A stretch of 62,070 bases of DNA, the filler included, from Rhabdomonas costata (taxonomy: Eukaryota): NCBI GenBank assembly GCA_019059605.1. It is 29 parts of 29 records of this genome, joined end to end, with 100 filler letters (N's around TTAATTAATTAA, not from the genome) between each part and the next. Parts side by side here need not be neighbours in the genome. Positions count along the whole stretch, not along the records: positions 10,728 to 12,770 come from JAHMHO010006126.1; positions 12,871 to 14,912 come from JAHMHO010006127.1; positions 15,013 to 17,057 come from JAHMHO010006128.1; positions 17,158 to 19,202 come from JAHMHO010006129.1; positions 19,303 to 21,340 come from JAHMHO010006130.1; positions 21,441 to 23,483 come from JAHMHO010006131.1; positions 23,584 to 25,628 come from JAHMHO010006132.1; 22 more parts are not named here. One strand, written 5' to 3'. A program made the translations under genes and the position numbers. The notes below the pieces were generated by a model, which saw only the letters and a list, made by a program, of their open reading frames with translations, had not been told where the DNA came from and ran no database searches. Below are positions 12,364 through 25,728 of this stretch, piece by piece; positions within the stretch are counted from its first letter, which is position 1; every line of letters begins with the position of its first letter.

Positions 12364-15080
12364 CTGTGGGCAAAACAACACAGAAAAAAGAAATTAAAAA
12401 AACCTTGGATGGCAACGCGGCACTTACATCCTGCCTCAGCTCTCCGTTTGTCTCCTTGTTGGTGTCACCATTTGGTTTGAGCGACTGGAACAGTGCAAAA
12501 GTCTGTATATGTTTGTGCGCGAACGAAAAATACGGAGAAGGGGGAAAACGGTGTGTATGGGTGGCTGCAGCGCAGTCCGCAAACGTTCGACAGGAAGAGT
12601 GTGGTGGTTGAGCCTGGGACTGGGACCCGCGGGGCTGGCGGGGGCATCCTGGCCTGTGTTGTGGTGAGCCAGCACCCCGCGGCACCTGACAGTGCCATGG
12701 GACCCATCCTGCGAGCACCCATACACACCGTTTTCCCCCTTCTCCGTATTTTTCGTTCGCGCACAAACACNNNNNNNNNNNNNNNNNNNNNNNNNNNNNN
12801 NNNNNNNNNNNNNNTTAATTAATTAANNNNNNNNNNNNNNNNNNNNNNNNNNNNNNNNNNNNNNNNNNNNTGGTGTTGCGTTTCTGGGTTCCGTTCTACC
12901 GCTGTTTGGTTTACGTGGTGCTGTGTGTCTGATGTTGTTTCTTTTTTGTTGCTGTGTATGTTGTTGTTGTTTTGGGTGGGGTTGTGGGTGCGTTTCTGGG
13001 TGTGGGTCATATGGTGTTAATGGTGCGTTTTGTTGTCGGGTTGTGGTGCTAAACGCGTGATGTCGAGTGTATCGGGTGCTACGTATGCGTGTTGTGGTGG
13101 TGCCGTGTGTGTTTCTATGATGTTGTGTCGTGATTCTCTGTGGTTCTGGTGTTAGCTGCTGTGTTGTTGTGTGCAATGTTGGGTTGCTGGGTTGGGTGTT
13201 GGGTTGTGTCTTTGTGTGTGGTGGGTTCTTTTTCGATGTTTGTGGGTTCTGTATAGTTTGTTTCATGTGGTTCGTGTGTTGGTTGCGTCTCTGCTTCTGG
13301 AAGGGTAGCCCTGTGAGTAGTGCACGGTGTCACGTGGTGCTATGGTGGTTTAAGCAGGCTGTGTCGTCATGAATTTTTGCGTCGCTGGTGCGTTGTGATG
13401 CCCAAGTGTCTCTAGCGTTCGTGGTTCTTGCGTCTTTGTATCTCTAAACGATGTTGTGGGTGGTATTGTGTGTTGCTGTGTGCGTTCTGTGCGTGCTATG
13501 TGCCTTCATTTACTCCCAATGATGTCCCAATGTGTTAGCGTTCGTGCGTTTTTGTGTGGTGGTGGTTGACATTGCTGGTGGTTGTGGTTGTGGTCTTGGT
13601 GGTCGTGGTCGTAGTTTTGGTGCTTCTGGTGTTGGCAGTGTTGGCTGTATTGGCTGTGTCTGTGCTTATGGTGTGGTCTGGAGTGGAGGGGCTAGTGATG
13701 TTGGTGTTCGCGATGACGTTGGTGTGGTGTCGGTGTCGCTGTCTCTGTTTCTTGGTTCTGTGTACGCTTCTGTGTCAAGGTCTGTGTGAGGGTCTGTGTC
13801 TGGAGTTGGAGTTGGTCGGAGGGTGGGTGTGAGTACTGGTGCTGTGTCTGTAACAGGTATTGGAGGTGTTGGTTCTGCAGTGGGTGTTGCGTTGGGTGTA
13901 GGTTCTGTTTCAGGTGTCGGCTCTGCTTCTGGTTTTGCTTCTGTGTCTGTCTGTGCTTCCGTCTCATGTTCTTTCTCCGATTCCGCCTCTGGTTCCGGTT
14001 CATTGGATGTCCGTCGGGATCTTTTAGGTAAGTTTCGGACGCAATATGGCACCACACAAAGTGATCATCAAGTTAGCCTTCATTCCTACTTTGTTGAACA
14101 CGATCCAAAACACATATGGCCGGCAGGCTGGAATCCAGACGCCACCACGTGATGACGCAAAGATGGAGCACAACTGCGCTAATGTTGCCATGGACCTCCC
14201 GCGCGGGTCGTCACACGTTCATGGCCCTTTGCAAACGCTCGACACACACCACAACCAACCCATGGTAGGCTGCCATGGTAGTATGTTTGGACGCACAGAT
14301 GCCGACGGGAGCCGTGTAGGTGTATAGGTGGTGACAGTGGCACCCACCACCATGTGACAAGGATGGCCGTAACCATGCTGTGTTTTAGCCCCTCGCTCCC
14401 GCTAGGCAACTCCAACTCTGGTGGTTTGTGTTTGAAAGCGCTGCCAGGGTAAGGGATGATGCCACCACCCGCCCCGATACGCATGCCAAACAACCCTGCG
14501 AATGAGCATGAAGTATTGGATTCCGCGGGTGGCCGGTCATCACCCTATCCATCACCCATCTTACCCTTACATGACGTTGAGGATTTGGGGCGTTAGAGTG
14601 ATGGCGGGGATGCCTTAAGGTGAAAGGGTGCCGCGGCCACCGCTTAGAAACAGGAAGGGAAAGATGCAGGGGGGTGATTCCTAAAAGCCCGCGGCGGAAA
14701 AGGGCGTGACCGCATCAGCGGCCAGGTATTTTTCCAAAACCGCGGTTTCTACCCGCGCCTTCTCTGGCACACTGTTTGGTCTTAGTTTCCGGTACCGCCG
14801 CGCCCGTTGTTTGCCGGAGCAACGGGAGCCCCCCTCCCGTTGGTCAGCTTTGGGCGCCCGCAATAGATGGATGAAAAATGTCGGCGCACGCCCGGGTTGC
14901 GGTGTTGAGCGGNNNNNNNNNNNNNNNNNNNNNNNNNNNNNNNNNNNNNNNNNNNNTTAATTAATTAANNNNNNNNNNNNNNNNNNNNNNNNNNNNNNNN
15001 NNNNNNNNNNNNTTTTTACCTTCCCCTATGGTTGTGTCAGAGCGGTGTGGGCAATTTTTCTGAGCGCGGGTGTTGTCACA

Positions 15081-15752
15081 GCGGCAGAAGCTCGACCAGC
15101 TTCGGGATCAGCATGGAGCCCTGCACCCCTCAGGGAAGTGGGGTGACGCCTGCCCTGCTGGTGCCGTTTCCCGAGAGCAACTCTGCCGACACTCAGGGGG
15201 AGCATTGCCAGCACTTTGTTGCGTGGCGCATCCTGCGCTCGAAACGGGTGCTCATTTTTGTTGAAGCTGCTTTTGTTGTGTGCGGTTGTGGTTATTTGTG
15301 TTTCTCTATCTTTTGGATGCGTGAAGCGCGGGTAGGTGTGTCTGTGTCTGTGGATAGATAAGCGTGAGCTGTTTTTCTCCATTCCGCTGTTATTGGGACG
15401 AATTTTGGTATCATGTGTGTGTGTTTATTATTGCGAAGTCAGCTATGGCAGCTATGAGGAACGTGCAATAGTGGGAGGGTGCTTTTGACCAGAGGCTTTT
15501 CGGTGTGTGTGTCCTTCTTTCGCTCGGCCAGCCGCCAAGCAGGTTCACAGTATGAACCAATGCGTACAGAAGCAGTCACAGATTGTCTGCTTGAGCAGAC
15601 TCCCGTTTTTTTGTTTTGTTTTGTATTGTCAGTGGTACATTCACTACGCCTGTGGCGAGTGTGGGGAGCGATGGAGGTTGATGACGGCGAAGCGCAGGCT
15701 TGCTCTGCAAGAGGAGCAGGAGGAGGTCCAGGCGGCGCAGCCCTTCTTCTGA
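15081..15752 (+). CDS. Hypothetical protein exon fragments
   Basis: RQKLDQLRDQHGALHPSGKWGDACP and WYIHYACGECGERWRLMTAKRRLALQEEQEEVQAAQPFF* each follow a CAG acceptor. Phase between them is unresolved. Confidence 0.4.
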
Positions 15753-17385
15753 AAACCTCATCAGCCTTCAAGGGCACTATCGCAATAGCTGTGCAGTCTT
15801 AATGCGATATTTCTACACGTACGCGCGCGCCCCTTCCACTTCCCAGCCCTTTCCACCCCACACCCCCCCCCATCGTGCTCGTGTCTGCTTTCTGGTTTGC
15901 TTGTTTCAGCTCAGTCACTCACAGTTCGAACCCTACTGCTGCTGCTTTCATGCACCAACGCCGGCCGCACAGCGGGTCGCTCTTTATCACAGGAAGCGAC
16001 GAGCAATCGGCGGCGCATGGTGCGCTTGCCCCCACTCCGTATATAGCCTGTCACGCGGGTGGGGGCTGCGTCGCCCTCTCACACACTTTCTTTTTTGCAT
16101 TTTCCTTATGTTTTTGTGCTTGGCGCGTGAAGGAGAGACATTGGGCTGGTTCACCTTGAGAGAGGGGACACCATTGGACTTGTCGCTGGGTTCGCGGTCG
16201 TCCCTTTCCTTGTGTTTGCCACAGCCTTTTGATTTCCTTGCGCTGCTCCGCTGCTTCTCCAAATTTACCGTATATGCTCTTTTTTCCTGCCAGGCGCGTC
16301 TGTTTCCGCTCTGCCCTCCCAGTTCGAACCATGCGGCCACTGCTACTACAATTTTTTTTGGATGATCCCGCGGTCGTTTGCAGCTATGCCTTTTGTCGCC
16401 CTTCTCAGTCATCTGCTTGCTACCGACATTGGCCCATACCCCCACACTGCGGTTCCAACTTCTGCGGTTTCATTGAGATGTCTCTTTTGTTTTGCGTTCG
16501 CTGGATTGGCTGTGTCGTGGTGGCCCACATTTTACCCATGAAACAAGGTGGATACGATTGGCTTATTTGAAATCCCTCCAATGTGTTGATCAACCCATGG
16601 CCTCCTTCAAACCGTGTGTAAGTGAGTATTGATGGGGGGAGGGGAGATCTGCATCCTCGCCTTTTTCCGGCATGCAAATGGGTGCCCGTGTGTGCAGGAG
16701 AGTGGGTTCTTGCGGGCGGTGTGTCTGGTTGTGGAGTAAGGGCACGGCCAGGAGTAAGGCGACTTTGAGTTGGAAGGACTGGACGAGGGGCGGGGCGGTT
16801 GCGGTTGGGAGTGCTTTGTCAGGTCCCCATACGCCGAGCCAGCATTTTGTTTTCTTTAGAGTTTTGGAAGAGTTTTGTGGTTTGTACCGGAGCTAGTTGG
16901 TCCAGATGTTGCGGTGCGGCTTTGCATGCCTGAGTGTCACCATTTAGTCAGCTGTGTGTTCGCCCCCATTTTTCTTTGAATGTGTTTTCCCGTTTCTTGC
17001 GAGAGAGGAAGAGAGGAATGCCTTTTAGGAAATTTTTATAGGAGGACTCTACGCTCANNNNNNNNNNNNNNNNNNNNNNNNNNNNNNNNNNNNNNNNNNN
17101 NTTAATTAATTAANNNNNNNNNNNNNNNNNNNNNNNNNNNNNNNNNNNNNNNNNNNNGGTTTTGGTGAACTAACACGTGGGCTTTGGATGCATGTGCGGT
17201 TGGAAGCATGCAGGTGTGCAGTGGCTCGACCCCCCACCCGCTGGAGCCCAATTCACCCAAATCCGCAGCCCTTGGGGCAAACATTCGACTCTTCACCTGA
17301 TGTCGTATGTCCTTTGGAATTTCACTGAGCCAGGATGTGTCGCATGCCGTGTCCGTGTGTGTGTCTGTGTTGTGTGTGGGTGCAG

Positions 17386-18903
17386 ATGTTGTGCGCCGGG
17401 CCTACTTGCAGCTCTGTCTGCTCCACCACCCGGACAAAAGCCGTACCTCCTCCTCGGAGACGTTTCTCAGAATAACCGCAGCATATGAACGGCTGAGCAA
17501 GCCGCAGGGAACCGGTGAGCTTTGAGGCGTCACGTACTTTGGAGGGGATCTTCACCCCTCTCCACACACACACACACACACGCCGCTTTAAGACCCTGAA
17601 CGCCATTGAGCTCCGTGTTTGCATTGCCGTTGTGTAACGATTCCGGCATAATTGTTTTGTTTTTTGTGTGTGCTTGAAGTCACCGCATGTGTGAGACATG
17701 AGCGAACCACCTTTCAGCTGTTTCGCAGGTTTTCAGAGAAATATCCTCCGATGATTTCAACCTTCCACCATGCACGATGCGCAAATGCTGTTTTCATGAA
17801 TTAGTTGTGAAGAATGTTCAGAGTTCACGATTCACGGGTGTACGCGTGGTTGGAGTGAAAAGCGCGTGCTTTGAGCGCGTGCATCGGGTGCGCAGAGGCT
17901 GAGCCATATACGTTCATCTAGGCATGCGGAAAGGAGGACGGAGATTCCAGATGCACGGGATAAGGTAGAGTGAAACCCGAACAACAAACAACAACAAAAG
18001 AAGGCGACGTTTCCGCTGGATTTTTGGGGAAGCGAGGATGGGGGGGGGGTCACCAGTTTTTTTGCTCATTCTGTATTGTTTCCCTGTTGGTTTTCTGCTT
18101 GTGCTCCACTTAAAGGGATTCGGGAAAGCAACCATTTTGAAGCAGTTCTGAAGTTCTGGCGGTGATTACGGAAGTGAGAGAGGGCAAGGGAGCTGAATGC
18201 ATGCTGTAAGGAGCTCTCGGCTGCGGCGGGCCAAGGCCGGGCCTTTGGAGCCTCGGACAATCTTCCTGAGCAGCCTGCGCGACCCCGAGGCCGCGGTCAC
18301 TGCCCTGCTGTATGCCGAGGAACTCGCCGGGCCTTTCACATCCGCCGCCAAGGCGCTCCAGGAGTACCGTCAGGTGACCCGTAATGTAACCTTCCTGTGA
18401 AGTAATCTCAACCCTCCCTAAATGATTGCCTGCCTCGTTTTTTACTCGTCATCCAAAAAAAATACCGCTCCTCCCCCCACACCCATACAAAACGCAAAAC
18501 GCACACCTCCCAAAGTATTCCGTATTCGCTCACCATGCCTGTGGGAATGCAGGCCGACCGAGGGTGTTGGTTCCGTGTTCCGCCAAGTGCTGGCAGGTGG
18601 GCATTTGGGTTCCACAGGTCACTGCCCCAGAGGCCCCCGCCACTAGCGGGAGCCTAACCGTCTCTCGGTTTCGGACCTCCGAGGCTGATGAAGCCTCCAG
18701 TCAGCCCGGCGGCCGCGAGTCGCCGCGTGGGCTCGTGGGGGACAGCAAGCTCAGTGCGGAGGAGGCCGCCAAGCTCCCAAAGGCGGCCCCACTGGACCCT
18801 CACTCCCACCCCAAGCCCTCGCTGATCACAACGATGGGTCCGCCCGCGGGGGACATGCCGATCTACATCGCCAGGGCGGCCGTGGCGCGGATCCGCTCCG
18901 TAG
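17386..18903 (+). CDS. J-domain (DnaJ) protein, internal exons
   Basis: Exon 17386-17514 reads DVVRRAYLQLCLLHHPDKSRTSSSETFLRITAAYERLS (HPDK motif). Further GC-rich exons at ~18211-18373 and ~18618-18903. Confidence 0.85.
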
Positions 18904-19494
18904 GTGTCCCCGCAGGACTTTTGTACTCTGGCTTTTTTGTGCCCCTTCGGCCTTGTTTCTTCGTCACCTGTGCATGCCAGGTGCATCGGAGACCGCTGCA
19001 TGTCCATTTCTTCCGCGTGCTTTGTTTGGGTCGTTTGTTATACATTCCGCATGCCCCCCCCCCAACACACACACGGCACCCGCACACACTTACAATGTGT
19101 CTTGTATGACGATGAACTGAACAACTGAATTTTAAACTCACTTTCTCTCAGCAAAAGCTTTCAGTTATTTAAAATTGTTCTTGAAGGGTGTCCCAACAAA
19201 CCNNNNNNNNNNNNNNNNNNNNNNNNNNNNNNNNNNNNNNNNNNNNTTAATTAATTAANNNNNNNNNNNNNNNNNNNNNNNNNNNNNNNNNNNNNNNNNN
19301 NNGTGATGGGTGTGATTGGGGTTTTGGGTTATTGCTATGCGTGGTGTGGGTGTGGGTTCCTAGCGTGGGTTTCATGGTGTGGGGTGTTGGCCTTCGTGTG
19401 CGTGTCGGGTGTGGGCTTGGGTATCTGTTGTGGGTCTTGGTCTTTGTCTTACGCGCGTATTATTATGGTATTATGGTATAGGATTGGGGTGTGA

Positions 19495-19605
19495 TATTGG
19501 TATAGGGTATATGTATAGGGGTTAGGCATAGGGGTTAGGTGTAGGGAATGGGCATAGGGTATAGGGTATAGGGGTTAGGGGGTTAGGTATGGGTGTAGGG
19601 TTTGG
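19495..19605 (+). repeat. Degenerate TTAGGG/TATAGGG-like telomeric-type repeat tract
   Basis: GGGGTTAGGCATAGGGGTTAGG...GGGGTTAGGGGGTTAGG inside a G/T-rich contig start. Confidence 0.5.
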
Positions 19606-19964
19606 TGTGGAGGGTATGGGAGTGGGTAGGTGGGTTGGTTGGGATGTGGGATTGACATTTGGGCTTGGAGTTGGAGGTTGCGTTGGAGGTTGGTTCTGGT
19701 GGGAAGTTGGGGTCTGGATCTTTGGGATTGGTCTTGGAGTTCGGTCTTGGCATGAGGTGTTGGTGGGTAGGGGTGCGGTCCGTGGATTGGATGGGTGGAA
19801 GTAGGTTCTGAGGACGTCTGAACCGTGAATTTTTCTGAGGACAAGATGATTTGCTGTGCAGCGTTCTCATTGAACTTTTCGACACAACGCCTGTGCAGGC
19901 ACTAACAGAGGTTTGTGAGCGGGAGGTTACTGTTCCAGCATGTCATGTGGCAAATTTCCTGCAG

Positions 19965-20879
19965 ATTATTGATCCCATCGCCCCGAGGTACACTGCGGTG
20001 GATCAGTTCCGCATTCCTGTGACGGTTGAAGGGGCAGCGACGTCCCGGAAGGAAGTCCCTCTGCACAAGAAGAACTTGGCGCTGGGCAACAAGGAGGTGA
20101 CTGCAAACTGCCACTTTTCTGTTGGAGGGGAGGGGGAATGAGTTGGGTAAGAATTTAGAGGTTCCCCAACACTTCCTGCCTTCCTTTCTGTTTCTCGTTT
20201 GTTGCTAATGCGCATTGTTCAAGCAGAGTGCTCATCCGTATTGCTCGCTTTTTTCTTTCCAAACTTTTTCTTTCTTTTAATCCCCTCCCCGTGTTCATAG
20301 GTGCACAAGCACTGTGCCCTTGTCCGCACTAAACCTGCATTCCTGCGGTTTCATTTCAGTTCATAAAAAACCCGTTACCAACAATGTCTGGTGTTTAGTG
20401 GTTCAGGGCAAAAAAAACGAGAGAAGAAAAATACCCGAACTGCCAGGCTGAAGACCTTCCGCTTTTCATTCCCATGGCATCTCCTTGCCTCCTTCATTTT
20501 GTCAGAGAGTCCAGAGAGTCGTTGGAGAGAGGGTCATGCTTTTGTTTATTGCGGAGGAATCTTCCCAGTGAGGCCTCAGCAGCACCACCAGCCCCCCGAT
20601 CGTTCACACATGATAACGAGATGGTGGCATTCCAACAATTTCAGAATCGTCGAGCTTTTTTTGTGGTCTGCGGTTTGCAAGTTGTTTCACGATTTCATCT
20701 TTTGGGGTTTTTAAAGCATCCGAAATGAATAGATCTTCTTCTCTCTTCTTTCCCGCGCCAGGTCATCTATGGGAACAAGATCTTCCTTGAAGAGCAAGAC
20801 TGCCTGCTCTTAAAGTTGGGGGGGGAGATCACCCTGATGGACTGGGGCAACGCCATTGTGAAGGAGATTCAAAAGAATG
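19965..20879 (+). CDS. Cytosolic glutamyl-tRNA synthetase (EPRS GluRS-type), anticodon-binding region, exons 19965-20096 and 20762-20879
   Basis: IIDPIAPRYTAV...VPLHKKNLALGNKE|VIYGNKIFLEEQDCLLLKLGGEITLMDWGNAIVKEI contains diagnostic eukaryotic GluRS motifs. Confidence 0.92.
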
Positions 20880-22692
20880 GTCTGAATTCGCGCATGCAAA
20901 AACATCAAAATTTCCGCTGCAAAAACATCAAAATTGAAGGATTTCTCTGAAAACTGCGCCAAATGAGAAAATGTCAAAACGAACAGTTCAGGGAGTTCCG
21001 CAGCGGAAAGCGAAAATTCAATGCACGGCATTGCGCGCGAGAAGAAAAGTACCAAATGGGAACAATAAATTGACAGAGTGAAAACAAACAAGACAACGAA
21101 ATCACAAAAACGGGCGGGAAGACAAGAACCTTGGCTCTTTCGTCCCATTGACATGAATTTCGGCTTCTTTTTTTTTCGGAATAACCACCTGGGTTGTATT
21201 CAACTGTGATTTGACTTGAACTCTGAACTGCCCTGCTGTGAAGGTTTAACTTTGATTTTCTTATCCTCCTGTCCTCCCGGCACACCCGCTGTTTTTTCTT
21301 CCACCTTTTTCTACCACCACACACCAACCACACCCACCACNNNNNNNNNNNNNNNNNNNNNNNNNNNNNNNNNNNNNNNNNNNNTTAATTAATTAANNNN
21401 NNNNNNNNNNNNNNNNNNNNNNNNNNNNNNNNNNNNNNNNTTCCATTTGGTGATTTTGCGAGGATGGCAGTGGTGGTTGTGGGGTTTGCAGCGATGGGTC
21501 CCACAAGTCACTCTGAGCAATTGCCACTGCCTAGAGTGTGACCCGGAATCAACGCATGGACTTCTTGGAACGCAACCTTGACCCCGTTCGTTTTTGGAGG
21601 AGCCCCAGAAGCTGGTGCATGGATGGCTGGTTATTGCCCGCGGCTTCTGCTGCATTAAGCTTTGGGGTGTTCATCGCACTCTTCGTCTTTTGTTGTTGCG
21701 TGGAGTGGGTGTTGCGGAAAGCAGTGTTCAAGGAATTCAAGGAGCCTGTGGCGACGATTCTTTTGGGGGGGTTTGTGCACTGTACTTGCGTTGAATAATT
21801 GGGATCCTCCTTTCTAATGGTGAGCTTCGGGAGCCTCCTTGTGTGAGCATAGTGAACCCCACATCTGCACGTCTGCCCACCACTCATCCACAATTCCGGG
21901 CGATGGACGTACCGGGTTGGGTCTCTGTGCTGTGTGCTTCGGGGACTTTGGGGTTGCGAGGTAGGGTGCATGATCCTTTCTGCAGATATGGCGAACCAGT
22001 TGATATTTATCAGTGGTTAGGTATTTAGAAGCCTTTGGTAGTGAGGCAAACAGGAAACTGACTGAACTAGAAACGGATTGCAAGAGCACCTTGGATAATG
22101 TTGTTGTACTGAGGGGTACTGAGGGGTGGCACCCGAAAAATGGTTAGGGACTGGCCTATTGCTGGGTTATGGTGAACAACACTGGAGCAGCAGTTTAGTT
22201 CCCGGCGTATCGGGGAAAGTCTACCAGTCATCCCAAACCAAATGGCGATTGGAAAGTGGTTTGGGAAGTGTGGGGGGGTACGACTTATCTCCCGCCTCCC
22301 CAGCCCAGTGCACCAAAATGATTTGTCCCTCCGTGTCGGGCTAGCCACTGCAAAAACCCGATTTAAAGCTCTCCTCAGCATCACTCGCTTCCTGCCGTGA
22401 CTTGAATGAATGAAGGCCGCTTTGTGACAGGGGGAACCCCTGCCCTGTTAGGATGAATGGGTCTTGCGGAGTGGATAGAAAAGTCCGCGTGAGTGCACTG
22501 GCACAAAGAAGACTGGAGGCACAAAGAAGACTGGTAACAACTGCTCGTTATTATGGAAAAACGGATACGTGGTCGTCGAGCGTGACCACGACCTCCCAGT
22601 TGCCACTGGTGGATGCGGTGATGGGGTCCTCCCCTCCGTCTCCGTGGGTGACCCTTGGATAGGCCCTAGTTTGTGGCATTCTAAATTTTTAG

Positions 22693-23298
22693 GAGGCACC
22701 GCTGAAGCGCCTTGCTCCGATTGCTTCTCTGGACGCCTTGCCAATGTGCATTGCACAACGCGCACTGGTGCATGGGCTCATGTGTGGTGGTATTGTGTGC
22801 AATGGGTATATGCAGTATTCTGGATTGGAGCGACTGGACTTCCTGAGACCATCATGCTCACAGGACATTGTGTCGCCCTCCCTGTGCACATCGGATGCCA
22901 GCAGGGAGGACGAGGAGTCGCAGGACACCTCCAGCAGCAGCGACGGGGAGCTTGAGGTGACGCCCCCCCCCCCTCGATTTCATAGCTTCAGCATTCACAT
23001 GCAACTGTCTTGCATCAAGTCATCTGTGGTAGACCCTGGCTTTCTGAGTGGTGCAGTTCTGGAAACACTCAACAATCTTCCCCAAGGATGCGTGAAGAAC
23101 TGCTGCCACGGGTGAATAAAAAGCTACAGTGCCTGATTCCGAGGGCCGCCGACGTGTGAACACAAACTCTGAGGGAAAAAAGCTCGTCGCTGCAGCGTTT
23201 CATGAGCCCTGCTGGAAATAAAAAGACCTGGCCTGCTTCGGCATTGCTCATGTGCACAGGTATTTCGATCGGACGGCAGTGGTGAGGCCGATGGAGAG
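22693..23298 (+). CDS. Hypothetical protein exons with an acidic/Ser-rich segment
   Basis: TTTTAG|EAPLKRLAP...REDEESQDTSSSSDGELE|GTGACG, then CAG|VFRSDGSGEADGE. Confidence 0.4.
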
Positions 23299-24150
23299 GT
23301 TTCTTCCGGTGAAGCTGAGTTGGAAGGTATTTTTGTGTTTCCTCATTAGCATTTCTCAAGGATTGGATTTGCTGTTGCGGTTGCCTCGGATGCCGTATGG
23401 TCATGCTGGCCTAACGAATAATAAAGATTCACGTAAGTTGTGACTCGTTAGGCCAGCATGACCATACGGCATCCGAGGCAACCNNNNNNNNNNNNNNNNN
23501 NNNNNNNNNNNNNNNNNNNNNNNNNNNTTAATTAATTAANNNNNNNNNNNNNNNNNNNNNNNNNNNNNNNNNNNNNNNNNNNNGGGTGTGGTGGAGCCTG
23601 ACAGCGTGGTGCCCATGCGGGGGTGCTCCGATGCCTTCTCCACCTGGGTGGAGACGCGCTCCCACAAGTGTCTTTCTGTGTGCTGATGTGGCACTTGGTT
23701 TTTTCATCTTCCCTGTCCAGCTCCCTGGGAATGAGTTCGCTTGGAATCCTGCGCAACCTCCATCATTGAGTTTCATTGGTGATGGTGCTGTCCAGATTGT
23801 TTGGAGATTCGTGGCTCGCGGGTGCTGCGGATAACCCTTGTCCTGTCCAGTCGGGTGGGCTGATGTTGGCTGCCATTCGGTTTCGGTTCCACGTGGAGCC
23901 GCGTTTCTGGTGAACATCAAGGCCCTGAAATTCCGTGAACCGTGCGTTTGGGAAGCACATTGGATTTTTTTGTTTTTCGCCATAGAAGCAACATGCCGAG
24001 GCTGCATATGTGCCGCTACATTTGCTGTTGTACAGTCGGAAAGTATGCCTTCCGCACCCTAGTGAACAGACTGCCAGACATGCAAAGTCTCACAAGTGTG
24101 TCTGCTCGTATACCTTGGGGTCAGCACATTTTAGACACGCGCAGTTAGCA

Positions 24151-25628
24151 GTCATCGGCATTCGCGAACGGATGGATCCGTGATCCGAGGTGCTCGTGCA
24201 GATCATGTCGATGGATGGATTGGTGATGTGATTTGCCGATTTTCCAGGCATATCTCGTACCCCTTGGGGGAGGGGGTAATGTCGCTGTATAATGACGCCC
24301 TCCTGCTCCACTCCTGGGCCCTGCACCGGAAGTGGAACTTCGCCAGCTCCATGCAGGTCAGCAATTTCTGTTAGTTAACCGAAGAGAACACCTCTGAAGC
24401 GGTATAGAAAGCTCCCGAATCAGATTCGAAAGATGGTGGTAGTGGGAGGCGACGAAACATGTGTCCTGTGTATGGGGGTACACTCGTGCACCCAACCTCC
24501 TTCGATATACTGGTGAGTCAAGGTACAGTCGAAGTTAGAAATCGAGACCTCAGTTCTCAAAGTTTGAGACAAATGGCTACCAGGCCTGTGGTAATGCAAC
24601 AAGACCTTTGCGACAGTGTGTGATAAAAACGTTACCCGTATTTAACTCGCAGGAGGGATACATTGGGTGGCTAACTCCCGCAATGACCATTCGCAGCGAA
24701 ACGATTGCATCACTTTTCAACTTTTCCCGCTTCCGTGAAGAGGTTGCGTTACAGAGAACGAGAAGTGGGCTCTGAAAGGTCTCTTTTAGAGAGTAGAAGA
24801 ACTGGAATTCCTCCCGTACAAGTTTTTTGTTCGTGGTGTTTCTTTGTTCGTGTTTCCGGACACACAGCAGAGTTTTGTCACACGTTGTGGTCACGGGTGT
24901 TCCGCAGCGGTCTATGCTCACCTATTGTTTGTTCTCCACGTTCCCATGGCTTGCAGGTTCTGAACCTTCGGGGCGAAGTGCTGTTCTGTCGGAGGTTTCA
25001 GGGCCGGCTGTGGACCCCAAGGTTCATAAACTCCACCGCCGTGGTGGTGCTGCGCTCGCTGATGGACACCCGAGACAGCTACAAAGGTCGGTCTCGTCCA
25101 TCCCCGTCCTCACTCGTCCATCCATATGCTCTGTTGTGCATAGCTTTACCTATTAGCGGGGGATCTTCCTTTGGAAGGGTACTACTGTCGAAATGTGGAG
25201 CACTGAAAAATGCAATTACCGTAGTCGAATGCATTTTTGGGGGGGGGGGCCGTTTTACGACGCTAACCTGTTTAACGTTGAAAAACCGCTTAAACCGGTT
25301 TTACGAAGTAAAAAGATAAGGTTGAAATCTATGTTGTTACGCTCGGCCGCCAGAAACCGCCCTCACGTGTCGCTTTTGGGGCGGATGACGACGGAAACTC
25401 CCTCACTCCCCCCAGATAATGTTCCCGCCTCCCGCGTTGTTAAAACCGTTCATTACCTCTCCCCCCTGGACCGAAATACCGTGCTCTGTTGGCGCAATCA
25501 CCGCAGACCACTCTGTTGGCATCATTTGGGACTTTGTGCACAACACGCTCACCACGACCCCCTTGGGCCCTGCCAGTCATGACGTGGACTTCGACCCCTA
25601 CACACAGTACGCCCTCCACACCACACCC
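24151..25628 (+). CDS. Hypothetical beta-rich (propeller-like) protein, internal exons
   Basis: ...SLYNDALLLHSWALHRKWNFASSMQ|VLNLRGEVLFCRRFQGRLWTPRFINSTAVVVL...YK|DHSVGIIWDFVHN, with phase-consistent GT-AG introns. Confidence 0.6.
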
Positions 25629-25728
25629 NNNNNNNNNNNNNNNNNNNNNNNNNNNNNNNNNNNNNNNNNNNNTTAATTAATTAANNNNNNNNNNNNNNNN
25701 NNNNNNNNNNNNNNNNNNNNNNNNNNNN

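Noticed and set aside
12871-13660. Long G/T-skewed region giving Thr/His/Gln- or Val/Cys/Gly-rich ORFs
   Set aside because: Low-complexity or degraded sequence. The ORFs are compositional artefacts, and the same applies to 19303-19800.
23379-23483. 39-bp perfect hairpin
   Set aside because: It ends exactly at the contig end, typical of a fold-back library or assembly artefact.
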